From positions 75,208,001 through 75,272,000 of the forward strand of contig NC_087436.1 in NCBI RefSeq assembly GCF_036321535.1: a stretch of DNA of 64,000 nucleotides. Direction: 5' to 3'. The DNA comes from Camelus dromedarius (lineage: Eukaryota). The notes under the pieces are model-generated. The model searched no databases. It saw nothing but the letters and a program-made list of their open reading frames with translations, and was not told the DNA's origin. Made by a program: the position numbers and the translations under genes. Each line of letters begins with the position of its first letter. Position 1 is the stretch's first letter. Shown in pieces: positions 25,304 through 37,200 of the stretch.

Positions 25304-26090
25304 CGTGATTCTCAAACGTTAGCCTGCATCGAAATCACCTAGAGGGCTTGCAAGCACAAATTGCTGGGTTCCAGTTAGCAATCTGGAAAAAAAGTTGCAG
25401 ATTTACATTTCTAGCAAGTCCCATTGCCAAACCCAAGTTTGTGTGCCCAACGACACGCAGTGAGACCAGACAAACTGAAATTTCAGAGTTTGAGCAGAGA
25501 AGGGTTGATTTGCAAGGGCTGAGCAAGGAGAACAGGCAGCTAGTACTTCAAAAGCCCAAATTTTCTGATTGTGTTCTAAGAGGTGTTTGAATAGGCAAAA
25601 CTTTGGGGGGGAGGACTGCAGGATGTGTGACCTTTCTCTGATTGGTTGATGGTGAGGTAACAGGGTGATGTCCCAGGAACTTCAACCATCAGCCTTCCAG
25701 TTCCAACCAATCTGAGGTCCACCTGCTTATGCTCAGCCTGAAGTTGCTGTCCTCCACCTGTACTGGGGCCTTAGTTCCTGTGGAAGAACTATCAGATTGT
25801 TATGTGTATCCCTTGAGGAGGAACCAGGACCCTGCCCCACTTCTGCACTATTGTTTCTTGACTACCTTTCCTTTGTTTCTACATTCCCTCACTCTTCTAG
25901 TTAATAACTGTTTGAATATGCCCTTTGGAACTCAGAGAAGGTCTAGGAGTCTGAAAACTTCTTCAGCAGACAAGAAATGGGGGACCCAGAAAAGCATCTG
26001 TACTCGGGAGGGCCGCATAGGGCCCTGTTCAGTTTTGCTCCCAGATGATGATGATATTGCTGGTCCAGGGACCACACTGAGAACCACTGG
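25304..26090. mobile_element. MER5A hAT-Charlie element split by an LTR (parts 25304-25421 and 26038-26090)
   Basis: gtgattctcaaac...gcatcgaaatcacctagagggcttg...atttctagcaagtcc, resuming cccagatgatgatgatattgctggtccagggaccacactgagaaccactg. Confidence 0.85.
25422..26037 (-). mobile_element. Solo ERV1 LTR (MER41-like), about 616 bp
   Basis: ttgccaaacccaagtttgtgtgccc...cagagtttgagcagagaaggg...ctgattggttgatggtgaggtaacaggg...ccctttggaactcagagaaggtc...ccctgttcagtttt. It cleanly interrupts MER5A with a short tcc duplication; family assigned from memory. Confidence 0.8.
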
Positions 26091-26638
26091 TATTTACAAA
26101 TGGATCTTTTAAGCCTTGATTAAAAAATCTTTGGTATCAGCATCAATTTATTTTAAAATTCAACTGATAATTCTGATGCAGCAGGGTTGAGAATCACTGG
26201 TATATGCAATTAACCAAGTTATAAAAGATGAAAATTTGTAGTAAAAGTCAAGATTTTAAAAGGCTGAGGTGGAGAAAAATAATGCACTGAATTTAAGAGC
26301 CAGGACTGGTTTCTAGCTTTCTGGTCTATCCCTATGTGTAAACAGTGTAAATTCCTTTGGGAAAATAATTCAAAATCTGAGATTTTATATAAAACAAGGA
26401 CATCATAAGATAATCACCAGTGTACTTTCTAACAAAAATTTTGTGATATACCTTTTTTAGGTGGCATTTCATGTTGTTAGAAATGATGTGCTATAACATT
26501 TACTAATATAAACATATATATAAACATAAATTTAATGGTATTACTTAGCATTATCTTGTTAAAGACCAAGTGCTTGAGGTGAGATGGGGACACCTATACA
26601 ATAGTGATTGTTTAATAGCAAGTCGTTAATCACAGTGT

Positions 26639-26652
26639 TCAGTAGGTGGCAG
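26639..26652 (+). promoter_or_regulatory. Candidate CTCF-binding motif TCAGTAGGTGGCAG
   Basis: 13/14 match to CCASYAGRKGGCRS, followed by TA, in non-repeat sequence. Motif evidence only. Confidence 0.4.
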
Positions 26653-28074
26653 TAAAACCTTTCATAAATGTGTGCTTACTGGTAAATACTTGTTTTCTTT
26701 ATAGAGTCCTTGGAGCTTTGTTTATTTGTTAATTTTTTTTTTCCTTTTTCTGTTTTGGGCATGTTACAGAGGTCGCTTTAGTTGTCACTCTGTAATCATT
26801 TTTAGAATTAAATTCGTTTCTGTTTTAACTTTCATTATAGATTTTTCAAATATATAGAAAAAAAGAACTTGCTTTTATTAACCACTCAGCTTCAGCAATT
26901 ACCAACATTACGCTCTTGTTCTAGTTATATCTATCCCTTTCGTCCACATACTACTCTCCTGCTTGTCCTCCTCCTTGCTAGAATAATTAAAAGCAGGTCC
27001 CATATATCATATCACTCAACCTGTAAGAGTTTTAAGAGTAATCAAGCTATAATTAACAAGAAGATTTTAGGTCCATTTTTCAGAACCCATTGTTTTTGTG
27101 TTCTGCTCTGGCTGTTGAAGGCATTTAAGTTTTTTGGACTGCATTTTTTGCATAATGGGCAAAACACCTATTCCTAGTGCTTTGAGAAGTTAGAGTACAT
27201 AGTAAAATAATTAGCCACAAAAGGTTGTATATAAATGTCAATACTTTAAAAAACAAGAAGGAAGAAGTTAGTATCTTCCGTTAAATTGTTTTTGAATCAA
27301 AATATAAAATTAGAAATATAACTATTATAAAGAATAGGTTGAAGTAATATTCAATTTTCATGTGAAGATATCGAAAGGAATAAAAAGTTTTACTGTATTT
27401 TATTAAAAAAATAGAAGCACATTAAATAAAGTAAGCAAGTAAAGAAAGGAAGAACACAAAGAATTTAAAGGAAACAATGACCCATAATTCCTTGAATAAG
27501 CACTTAACATTTTGTTATACTTTCTTTTTTCCTTCTTCCCGGTGGAGGCCTCCTTTTCCCTCGGAAGTAACATGGTTGTGACCATGTTGGGCCTAGAGTA
27601 GGATGGGAGATACCTTGGCTTTGGAGGTTTCCCATGCTTCCAACTCTTTAGTCACTTTTATTTGAAAAAAGCCAACCAAAAGCAATTTTCAAGTATTTGC
27701 TAAATGAAAGGCCTAAGATTTTCTGTATCTCATTATATCTTACATAAAACTTTATAACATTGTTTCCCAAATTGGTACTTTACTGAAAATTAATTTATAT
27801 GAATTTTAAATTAAATAGAATAACCCAGTGTTTTCCAAAGGGCCACAAGTATACCATTAGTGGCAAGAAATACCAAGAAATGAATTTCGATGGTAAATGA
27901 ACCACATCTTAAAATTAATAGTTAAGAATGTCTCTGATATATTATCGGAAAATAGGACTAGCACGTGAAGACTGTGATTTCCTGGATATCATTGCCTAGG
28001 ATGATATTGCCAAGGTGATTCTTTGTAAAGTCTATTTTAGAATGTTAAGTAAATTTTATTAATATATAAATTAT

Positions 28075-28230
28075 ATAAACTGCTTTCCAAAGTGGTTATA
28101 CTGTTTTGGATTCCCTCCAGTAATGCTTAAGGGTCCCAGTTTCTCCACATGCTTGTCAACACTCGGAACTGTCTTTTTTATTATAGCCATTCTAGTGAGT
28201 GTGTAGTAGTCATACATGTTTTAATTTGAA
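28075..28230 (-). mobile_element. L1 ORF2 C-terminal fragment
   Basis: aaactgctttccaaagtggttatac...ccagtttctccacatgcttgtcaacact...tagccattctagtgagtgtgtagt. Confidence 0.8.
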
Positions 28231-28469
28231 AATTAAATTTTTTTTCCTAGCAAAATTTCTTTTGCTAAGAAAATATTTGGGGATAAGTTACAGTTTTAAA
28301 TGTGTGCGACTGGGAAGATGGAGTATGTTTATACTGTGAAGCTCCAGAAGTAGAGGTAGAACTAACATAGTCTTTATAGAGAAGCAAATTCTGGCAAAAA
28401 GTTAAGCCAGAGTTAAGTGCTATGGACTCTTGCAAAGTTGTAGTGACTTTTTATTGAATGTATTTACAT

Positions 28470-28900
28470 CCAGGTGTGTCAGTGTTCCCTCAGGTACAGT
28501 TAACAGAAATTAAAGAGGAAATGTAATATAAGTATATAGAATGATTCACAGAATCTAAGGAAAACTTCATCAACTGGTACTTGATTGGATAGGATGCACC
28601 CAGCTTAAGAGATCTAAGCAGCAGGAACCAATGGGCAGCTTCCTTAGAGAGCTGTTGTCAAAGTGAATCAGCTCTGTTGTTTGACCCTCTGTTACTCAAG
28701 ATTTAAATTTTAAGAAGAGAGAGTCTGCTTGGTCTAGTTTAGTCTAAACGCCCACTCCTTGGTTAGGAGAAGGCAGAATTGATCATCTCACCAGAATTGC
28801 ATGCAGTAGGGTAGAAGAAATTGCCCAGAGCAATACTGAAATACCTTTACCAAAAGAAGGGTGTTAGGCAGGCAAGACCAATAGATGCCCAGTATGCCAG
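28470..28900. mobile_element. MaLR LTR (MLT1-type)
   Basis: gttactcaagatttaaattttaagaagagagagtctgcttggtctagttt...ttaccaaaagaagggtgttaggcaggcaa. Confidence 0.65.
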
Positions 28901-29489
28901 GTCACTACCTCTGATGAATGCCTAGGAAGAATTAGTAGCAATGGTAGGAAGGTCAACAAATCTCTAAGAGTCACTCATTCCTTGAATATTTATTAAATAT
29001 CTCCATCTATGATTTCTATAAATCAATAACTATTTCTTTGAACTAAAAGTATTTACTTTGTTACTCTAAAAGTATTTTTATGTACATAGCAAATATTCTT
29101 TGAATGCAAAAATAATGTTGCCCATTTATTGTTTTGGAGGGGAGAAATGTCAATTTCATTTTATTAAACATAAATAGAAAGACATGAACAGATTCCCATG
29201 GAAAAAAGATTCAATCAGAACAAAACTTCTGTGATTCTCACTCAGCCTCCCTGGTGGCTCTGTATGGATCATCTATGCTTGTACAAGTTATGTTCCTGCA
29301 TTTACACAGTTGACTGCCTGTTGGCATGTGTAAGTTTTTCATATTTAAAAACAGATGGTATGAGCAAGTAGTGCTTTAAGGTAGTTGCTAAAATAGTATC
29401 GTGACTAAGAGCATGGACCCTAGAGACAAGCTGAGGATTCAGGCTCTAGCTCTGTGGCGTAGCTGTACATTGTTGGTGTTGCCCAACAT

Positions 29490-30220
29490 CTTTTATTGAC
29501 TTACAGCATAAGTTCAGAAATGGGGATTCAGCCTGATGAGTTTTCCCAAAGTGAGCATGTACCTCGTGTATGGATCAAAAAGTAGATAATACCAACACTT
29601 CAGGAACCCCGTTGTTCCCTCCTTGAAAACTGCTCCCATTCAGGTAACCACTACCGTGACTTCTAAGGCCATATATTTCTTATTCTTGTTTTTAAACTTT
29701 ACCTAATGGAATAATAATTACTATATGTATTTTTGGGCTGAGGTCCAGGTTCATTCAATATATTTATGAAATTCATCCGTATTGAGTATATTTGTATTTT
29801 GTTCAATCTCATTGCTGTTTAATATTCCATTGTGTGAATGTACCATGATTTATCCATTCTACTGTTGATGGACATGTGGATCCTTTACAGCTTGGAGTTT
29901 TACAAATAATGCTGTTATGAATATTCTTATACATGTCTTCTGGTGAAGTTTTAGGGCTATTACAAGTAATGTTACTTATTAACATTCTTTTTCACTTCTT
30001 TTGGTGAACATATATATGCATTCTGTTAGATATACACCTAAGAGTGAAACTGCTGGATCATGTTAGGTATATATTCATATTTAGTAGATAATGCTTTGCA
30101 ATTTTCTGAAGTAGTTGTACCAATATAACTTCCAACAGTATATATAAGAATTCCAACTAAATCATATCTTCGCCAATAATTGGTTTATCTTTTTCATTTT
30201 CACCATTTTTCTGAATGTGA
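29490..30220 (-). mobile_element. L1ME-type 3' region
   Basis: ggtaaccactaccgtgacttct...atttatccattctactgttgatggacat...tagatatacacctaagagtgaaactgctggatc. Confidence 0.85.
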
Positions 30221-30244
30221 CATTGTCCAGTAATTTTTGAAGAG

Positions 30245-30752
30245 TAAAAAATCCCATTAGTGAGGGAGACAGAATTTAGGATATCACTCTCCACTGGCTA
30301 CAGTTGGCTCTTAGGTTGGGTGGAAGCCTGGTTGGGCACACCTGTCCTAGGAGTGAGGGGGTGTTGGCATGTCAGTTCCTGAGTTTTCTTCTAGGGCTAT
30401 TTCCAAGCCTGGCTCTTGCAGGCTCTCCCCTGCCCCAGCCCAGGCCTGCCCTTCTCCACTATCCCCTCCCTGCATCTGGGCCCACATACCCTTTGGGAAA
30501 AGGGAGCACCTGAGAAACAATACAGGGGCTTGTCTCTTGAATCTTGGCCACTGGTCTGGGCAGAGACTGGAGTGGGAGCCACAAGGGTCAGATAGTTTTC
30601 CCAGGAGAAGCCCTGTGCCTTCTTTCCTCCCAGGGTCACCATCTTCCTGGCTCCTCCTGCCTGTGCCCTCTTGGGCCTCCCAGCCCCGTATGTCTTCACT
30701 GCTGTTTGTATTAAAAGCCTCTGTTTTATTCCTGTCCAAAAAAAAAAAAAAA
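30245..30752 (+). pseudogene. Probable processed retrocopy of an mRNA 3' end (parent gene unidentified; 5' boundary approximate)
   Basis: GC-rich island with no repeat I recognise, set in AT-rich DNA. It ends with ATTAAA (30710-30715), then 22 nt, then a pure A15 tract (30738-30752). Confidence 0.7.
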
Positions 30753-31929
30753 TTATATGGTGATCTAGAGTTTTATGGGATTTATGAAATAACTTTTTTG
30801 TTAAAAAAAATTAAAAGAAATGGAAGAAATCAATTATTTTCTGACTCTAACAAGTTACTGTCTTCTGGGGGAGGGATTAATTTTGTTTGGATTATCCTAT
30901 ATAATAAAGTGCCCTCCGTCAGACTCTAGACCCTGGTTTTGAACATTACCCACTCTATATCTAAGTCCCGTGTTCGGTAAAATTGGGTGTATAACGTTTT
31001 AAAATTACTGTTTCTGACGTATTATGCAATTTCAAGTATTACTATTCTTAACCTAGATCGGGGACTACAGATTCATGGTTCACATTCCATCATCCCCCAT
31101 TTCCAACCAGGCAGATTATGACAGATGGTGTGACTCACAGAATGCTTTGCCGCTGATTTCTGTGTGGTCTCAGATTTTTTCCCCTCAATATAGCCCGCCA
31201 CATAGTCACCCTGTTGAACAAAAGTGTGATGGAAAATTAAAACACTCTTTTCATCCTGTACCTCAAGGTATGAGGTGATCAGCTGAGTCTTAACATTTTC
31301 TCAAGTATTGCCATTGTTAGTTGGCCCTGTGTAAGACAGACAGAAATGTGACTCATTCTTAGAAAGGGATCATTTAAATCTATTCCTTAGTCATGCTGAC
31401 TAAGGAGCTGGCTTACTTTTACTTTATTCTTGTTTAGTTTAAAAAATTTTGTTTTCCTTTCTATTTTAGTATGTAATTGATTTTTTTTTTCATTTGGGAC
31501 CCAGAAAAATTCTGAGAAGTTTGCTGCAGCTTCATAGGTCAAAGTAAGTTAGAGAAAATGATTTGAAAGAGGAGGAAGGATGATAAAGACACAGGGTTAC
31601 ACATGAATGCTGACAGTTTTGGGGGTTGGGGGACCTTTAAAGGCCTATCTGGTCTATTTGGTATTGATTATGATATGATATGTATTGATTATAGCTTGTC
31701 ACTTGAAATTAAAATTAAAAGTAATTTATGGTAGTGAATTACAAGTAGCATTTTTCAGAGTGGCAATTTAAAAAATGAGTTGCTGCTTCTAAAATTTTGG
31801 CCAAGATAAGATGATAAAGCTGATGATTAAAACCTAAGATAAAAGACAATTAAAACCTGAGGGGAATAAAGAAGGAAGGAGGGTTGGATGACAAAATAAG
31901 GGTTTAGTGTTATAGATGAAACCAGGAGA

Positions 31930-32150
31930 TAAGTTTTAGCAGTAGTAGATTATGCTAATGTCATATTCTCAGCTTCAACCCTTACTGAGTATGTTACTTT
32001 GAGCATTCACTTGCCTTGTGAGCCTTAATCTTTTTGGCTGTAGCATAATCATAAGAAAGGTCACCTTTATTAACTCAAGAGTGTTGTGAAGACTAATCAG
32101 GTAATATAAATGAATTACTTTATAAAGTTAAGGTCCAATCAGCTGCTGTT
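31930..32150 (+). mobile_element. MIR SINE (diverged)
   Basis: cttactgagtatgttactttgagcattcacttgccttgtgagccttaatc...gtgttgtgaagactaa. Confidence 0.65.
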
Positions 32151-32224
32151 ATTATAAATACTAGAACAATCCGTGAGCCTCAACACATAAATAGCTCAAA
32201 CTAGATTACAAAAAAAATTCTAGC

Positions 32225-34075
32225 TTTCCTTTTCTGCTCATAATGGAGTAACATATACCAGACTTGCCCTCTACCTGTGAACACCTAGAAAAGTGGACAA
32301 AATACATGAAGCAACTCTGTTCTGACACTGGAAAACATGCAGTACAGGACTGTACTCTCTGAATGGATGGGGAAAAAAGAGTCATGCGAAAGCCTCAGCA
32401 TTCTGCCTGGTGTCACTTTCTAGACCCTGCATAGGAAAAGGGAAACCAAGGGAAGCATGGCAGTCTCTGAATAGAAGACACTGAGACCAGATTTGGGGAA
32501 GGCTGTGGCAGCTTCAGTTTGTGAGGCATGGCACCAGAGATAGAAGAGCTGTGCCTAGAAGCTCCAGGAATCTGCAGGAGGGTTTCACTGAGACTTTTCC
32601 TGTGTGCTAAAGTGCACATGCATAGAGTGAAATGCCACAAGGCTAGACTAAAAGGAGTTACTGAGGAACTATAAGTTGAACAATTACCAGAAGTTACATG
32701 TAGCTAAGAGACATTTGAGTTTTGACCACCAGAGTGGCAGGACCTTATTGAAAATCGTGGGCATTCAGTAGATAGCCCAGGTTGTACCTTCGAATCGGGT
32801 TAAAAGAGCTCTAGAGTAAAGGCTACTCTGGACCACCAATGACAAATTAAAAACAGTCTCAAAGGATCAAACTGATTGGCTAGTAACTTAACTGCCAGTC
32901 AAATTCAACACTCTTTGAATGCAGAAGCAAAATACAGAATTTTAAGAACACAGCATTTATGGTGTTTGGTACCCAATAAAAATTATGACATACAAATAAG
33001 CAGGAAAATGAGGGGAAAAAATAAATCAATAGAGACTGACTCCAAAGTTATGGAGATGAATGAAGTAGCCGATAAGGGCTTTAAAAACAACTATGGTAAA
33101 TATGTTCACAAATACAATGGAACACATGAGCATAATGAGGAGAGAAATGGAAGACATTTAAAAAAAGAGAAAGGGAACTTCAGGGCTGCAGTGCAATTTA
33201 GAAATGCAATATCTGAATGGAAAATTCACCTATGGGTTTAGCTGATTAGACACCACAGAAGAAAAGAAGTGTGAACTTGAAGATACTGCAATAGAAACTA
33301 TACAAATTGAGGTACAGAATGAAAATAACAATAGTAATTAAAAGACCAGATCCTTAGTGACTGAGAATTATTCAAAGTGATCTAACATGGATAATTGGAG
33401 TACCTGAAAAGGGCAGGCGAGAGGAGCCTGAAAATATATTTGAAGGAATAATGGCTTAATTTTTAACAAACAGGATAAAAATTATGATTTCTAAATCTAA
33501 GAAAACAAATTCCAAGTTGGATAATTGAAAGGAAAACTATTCTAAGGCATATTATATTCAATTTGTTGAGAACCAGTGATAAAGTAAAACTCTTAAAAGC
33601 AGCCAGAGGAAAAAGAAACATTAAATACAGGAGTGCCAAGGTAAGAATTACTGATGATTTCTTGTCAGAAATAATGCAAGGCAAACAGGGAATGGAATGA
33701 TAATTTTAACATGCTTAAAAAAAAGTTAACTTAGGGTTCTGTTAAGTGAAAATAACCTTCAAAAATGAGAACAACATAAAGATGATTTTTTGACAAATAG
33801 AAGCACAGTGAATTTATTTTCAGCAGACCTGAATTACAAGAAATGTTAAAGGAAGTCCTTTGGAGGAAGAAAACTGCTATCAGTACAAACCCACTTCCAT
33901 ACAAATGAATGAAGAATGCCAGAAATGGTAAATATGTGGGAAAATACAAAAATGCTTTCCTAATTTTTATCATTTCTTTAAAAAATAACCTTTTTAAAAG
34001 CAAATGTAATAACTGTGTGTGGTGGGGTTTATAACAATTTGAAGTGAAATATGAAATAGCACAAATGGTGTGATA
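32225..34075 (+). mobile_element. Old L1 5' UTR plus degenerate ORF1
   Basis: ataatggagtaacatataccagacttgccctc... ORF1-like gtgaacttgaagatactgcaatagaaactatacaaattga, aaactcttaaaagcagccagaggaaa and cagcagacctgaattacaagaaatgttaaaggaagtcctt. Confidence 0.88.
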
Positions 34076-34229
34076 TACATGGCTCATTTCAGTTGGGTGT
34101 AGTTTTCTGTATTCATCTAGTATTTTTAGTGGATGTAATCACATGTGAAATCAAAAGTCAAGTTAATATTAAAATTTTTTACTATTGTGTTGGAACAAGT
34201 TTGCATTTTCAAAAACAAGCATTGTTGAA

Positions 34230-37200
34230 GAACTGACTATATAGTTCACTGAGTATGACATAAGTTTACATCCATGTGACCATGATGAAAATCAAGGTAC
34301 AGAACATTTCCCTTACCGCCCAAAGATTAGTTGTTCAGTTTGTACTGATTTTTGCCTTCAGCTCCAAGCAACAATAAATTTGTGTTCTGTCACTATAGTT
34401 TTGCTTGCTGTGGAATTTCACATGAATGGATCAAACACTGTGATATATATGTTTTAACACTTTAAAATTCATCCATCTTGCTGCATGTATCAATAGAGCA
34501 TTTTTTGTTTTGCTGAAATATTTTCCATTGTATAGATATACCAAATGTATTTATCCATTCATTCACCTGTTGATGGATATTTGTGTTGTTTCCATTTTCT
34601 GGCTATTATGAATAAAATTTCTATGAACATTAATGTACACGCCTTTTTTGGTGGACATTTGCTTTCTTCTCCCTTGAATAAATAATGGAACTGCTAGGTC
34701 CTATGGTAAGTAACAGCTTTCATAAGAAACAACCAAACGGGTCTCCAAAGTGGTTGTACCATTTTATACCCCCACCAGCAATGTCTGAAAGTTGAAATTG
34801 CTTCATATCCTCCGGAATACTTGGATTTTTAATGTTTAATTTTAGCTCTTCTAGTGGGTGTGTAGTGGTTCTCATTGTGATTTTAATTTGCATTTCCCTG
34901 GTGACTACTAATGTTGAGCTTCTTTTTATGTGCTAATTAGCTATTCTTCTATCTCCTTTGGTAATTAGTACAAAGTATCTATTCAAATCTTTTGCCCTTT
35001 TGAAAAATCAGATTCTTTGTCTTCTTATTGAATTGTAAAGGTACTTTATATTATCTGGTTTCAAGCCCTTTGTCAAATATATGTGTTGAAAATATTTTCT
35101 TCCAGTTGAGGACTGACTTCATTTTCTTAGTTGTATCTTTCAAAGAGCAGAATTTTATTATTTTAAAGTCTATTTTATAATTTTAAAGTCTATTTTATTG
35201 ATATTTCTTGTATGGTTAGTGCTTTCTATGTCCTAATATATCTTTCCCCTCATAAAAGTTGCAAAATTTTTCTTCTGTATTTTCCTCTACTACATTTCTT
35301 TTATAAGGTTAATAAGTTAAATCCAACTGCCCCAGCACCATTTGTTAAAAAGACCGTCTATTTCCCTAGACTTGGTATCTTGGTCAAAAATTTATTAACC
35401 ATATATGTGTGGATCTATTGTTGAACTCTCTATTTTGTCCCACTGATCTATTTGTCTTTCATTATATTAATACCACACTGTCCTAATAACTAATTTTTGG
35501 TAAGTGTTAAAGTCAGAAAATGTAAGCACTCCAACTTTGTTCTTTTTTAAAAAATTTGTTCTGGCTGTTTTAGGTCATTTGTATTCCTATAAAAATTTTA
35601 GAATCAACTTGTCAATTTCTACAAAAAGGGTTTCTGGGATTTTGATTGAGATTTCATTGAATCTATATTCTAATGTAGAGAGAACTGGTACCTTAATAAT
35701 ACTGAGCCTTCTTCCATGACCGGTACATCTCTCATCTTACTTAAATCTTCTTTAATGGCTCTCAGCAAGTTTAAGGAAATTCCTTTCTATGCCTAATTTG
35801 CTGACAATTTTTGTTGTTGTTGTTCATGAGTAGGTGATAAATTTTATCAAGTGCTCTTTCTGAATCCATGTAGAGAACCATGTGGACTTTCTTTTTTAGT
35901 CTGGCTTATTTTCCAAAGGTTAGACCAACCTTCCTTTACTGGGATAAATCCCCCTTGGTCATGATGCATTATCCTTTTTATATGTTGCTCATTTTGATTT
36001 GATAATATTTTATGAGGAGCTTTTCTGACTAGGCTCAGGAGGGAGATCAGTTTTAATTTTCTTTTCTTGTAATAGCTTTACTTTGGTATCAGGGTAATGA
36101 TGAACTCATACTGAGTTGAGTAGTCCCTCTATTTTCTTAAACTTTCTGTGATACAACTATTATGTCTTCCTCAAACGTTGGATACAATTCACCAGTCAGT
36201 GCATCTGTAGCTAGGGTATTTTTTTGTGGGAAGACTGAAGTCATTAATTCCATTTATTCAAATGATACCGGGCTATTCAGATATTTAATTTTGTGTATGT
36301 GTGCCAGCTTTGGTTTTGTAAATTTTGGCTAACAAGGACTTGCTCTGTTTCTTCTAAGTTGTCAAATTTATTTCAGTAAATATGTTTAGTATATCCCTTT
36401 ATTATTCTTTTAGTATATATAGAATCTATGGTGGTATGCTTCTTTGATTTCTATACTGGTAATTCATGTCTCTGGGCTTTTTTTTCTTGATTCTTCTAAG
36501 CTAGTTTATTTTATTGATCTTTTTAAAAAGTTAGCTTTAGATTCATTGATCTTTCTCTTTGTGCATTTTATTTTTAATTGGAATTTTATAGCAGCTTTAT
36601 TAAGATATAATTCACATCCCATATAATTCACCCACTTAAAGTATAGATTCAGGGTTGTTTGCTTGTTTTGTTTTTTTAGTGTATTCAGAGTTGTACAACC
36701 ATCACCATAATGAATCTGAGAACATTTTCATAACCCCAAGAAGAAATCTATCCAGTCATTCTTCATTTTTCCAACATACCCTCCCCCAGCCCTAGGCAAC
36801 CACTAAACTCTATCTCTGTGAATTTGTCTATTCTGGACATTCCATATAAATGGAATCATATGTGGTCTTTTGTGACTGGGTTCTTTCACTTAGCATAATG
36901 TTTTCAAGATCTATCTATGCTTATAGCATGTATCAGTGCTTCATTTATTTTTATTATTGAATAATAGTCTATTGTATGGCTACATCACATTTTGTTTAAC
37001 CATTCGTCAACTGATGAACATTTGGATTGTTTCCATTATTTGACTGTTGTGAACAATGGTACTATGTTATTTGTGTACAAGTTTTTTGTGGACATATGTT
37101 TTTATTTCACCGAGTATATACCTGACAGTGGAATTGCTGGGCCAAATGTTAACTCTGTTTAATCTTTGGAGGATATTCTAGGCTGTTTTCCAAGGTGGCT

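Noticed and set aside
25729..26112. 127-aa ORF
   Set aside because: Antisense to the solo LTR and runs across the LTR/MER5A junction, so it is a chance frame.
30347..30929. Overlapping ORFs of 186, 130 and 100 aa
   Set aside because: The 186-aa frame reads through the poly(A) tract into AT-rich flank. Open frames on both strands are expected in GC-rich UTR-like sequence, and I recognise no domain.
32876..33241. 121-aa ORF
   Set aside because: Lies in a decayed L1 5' UTR/ORF1 region with frameshifts.
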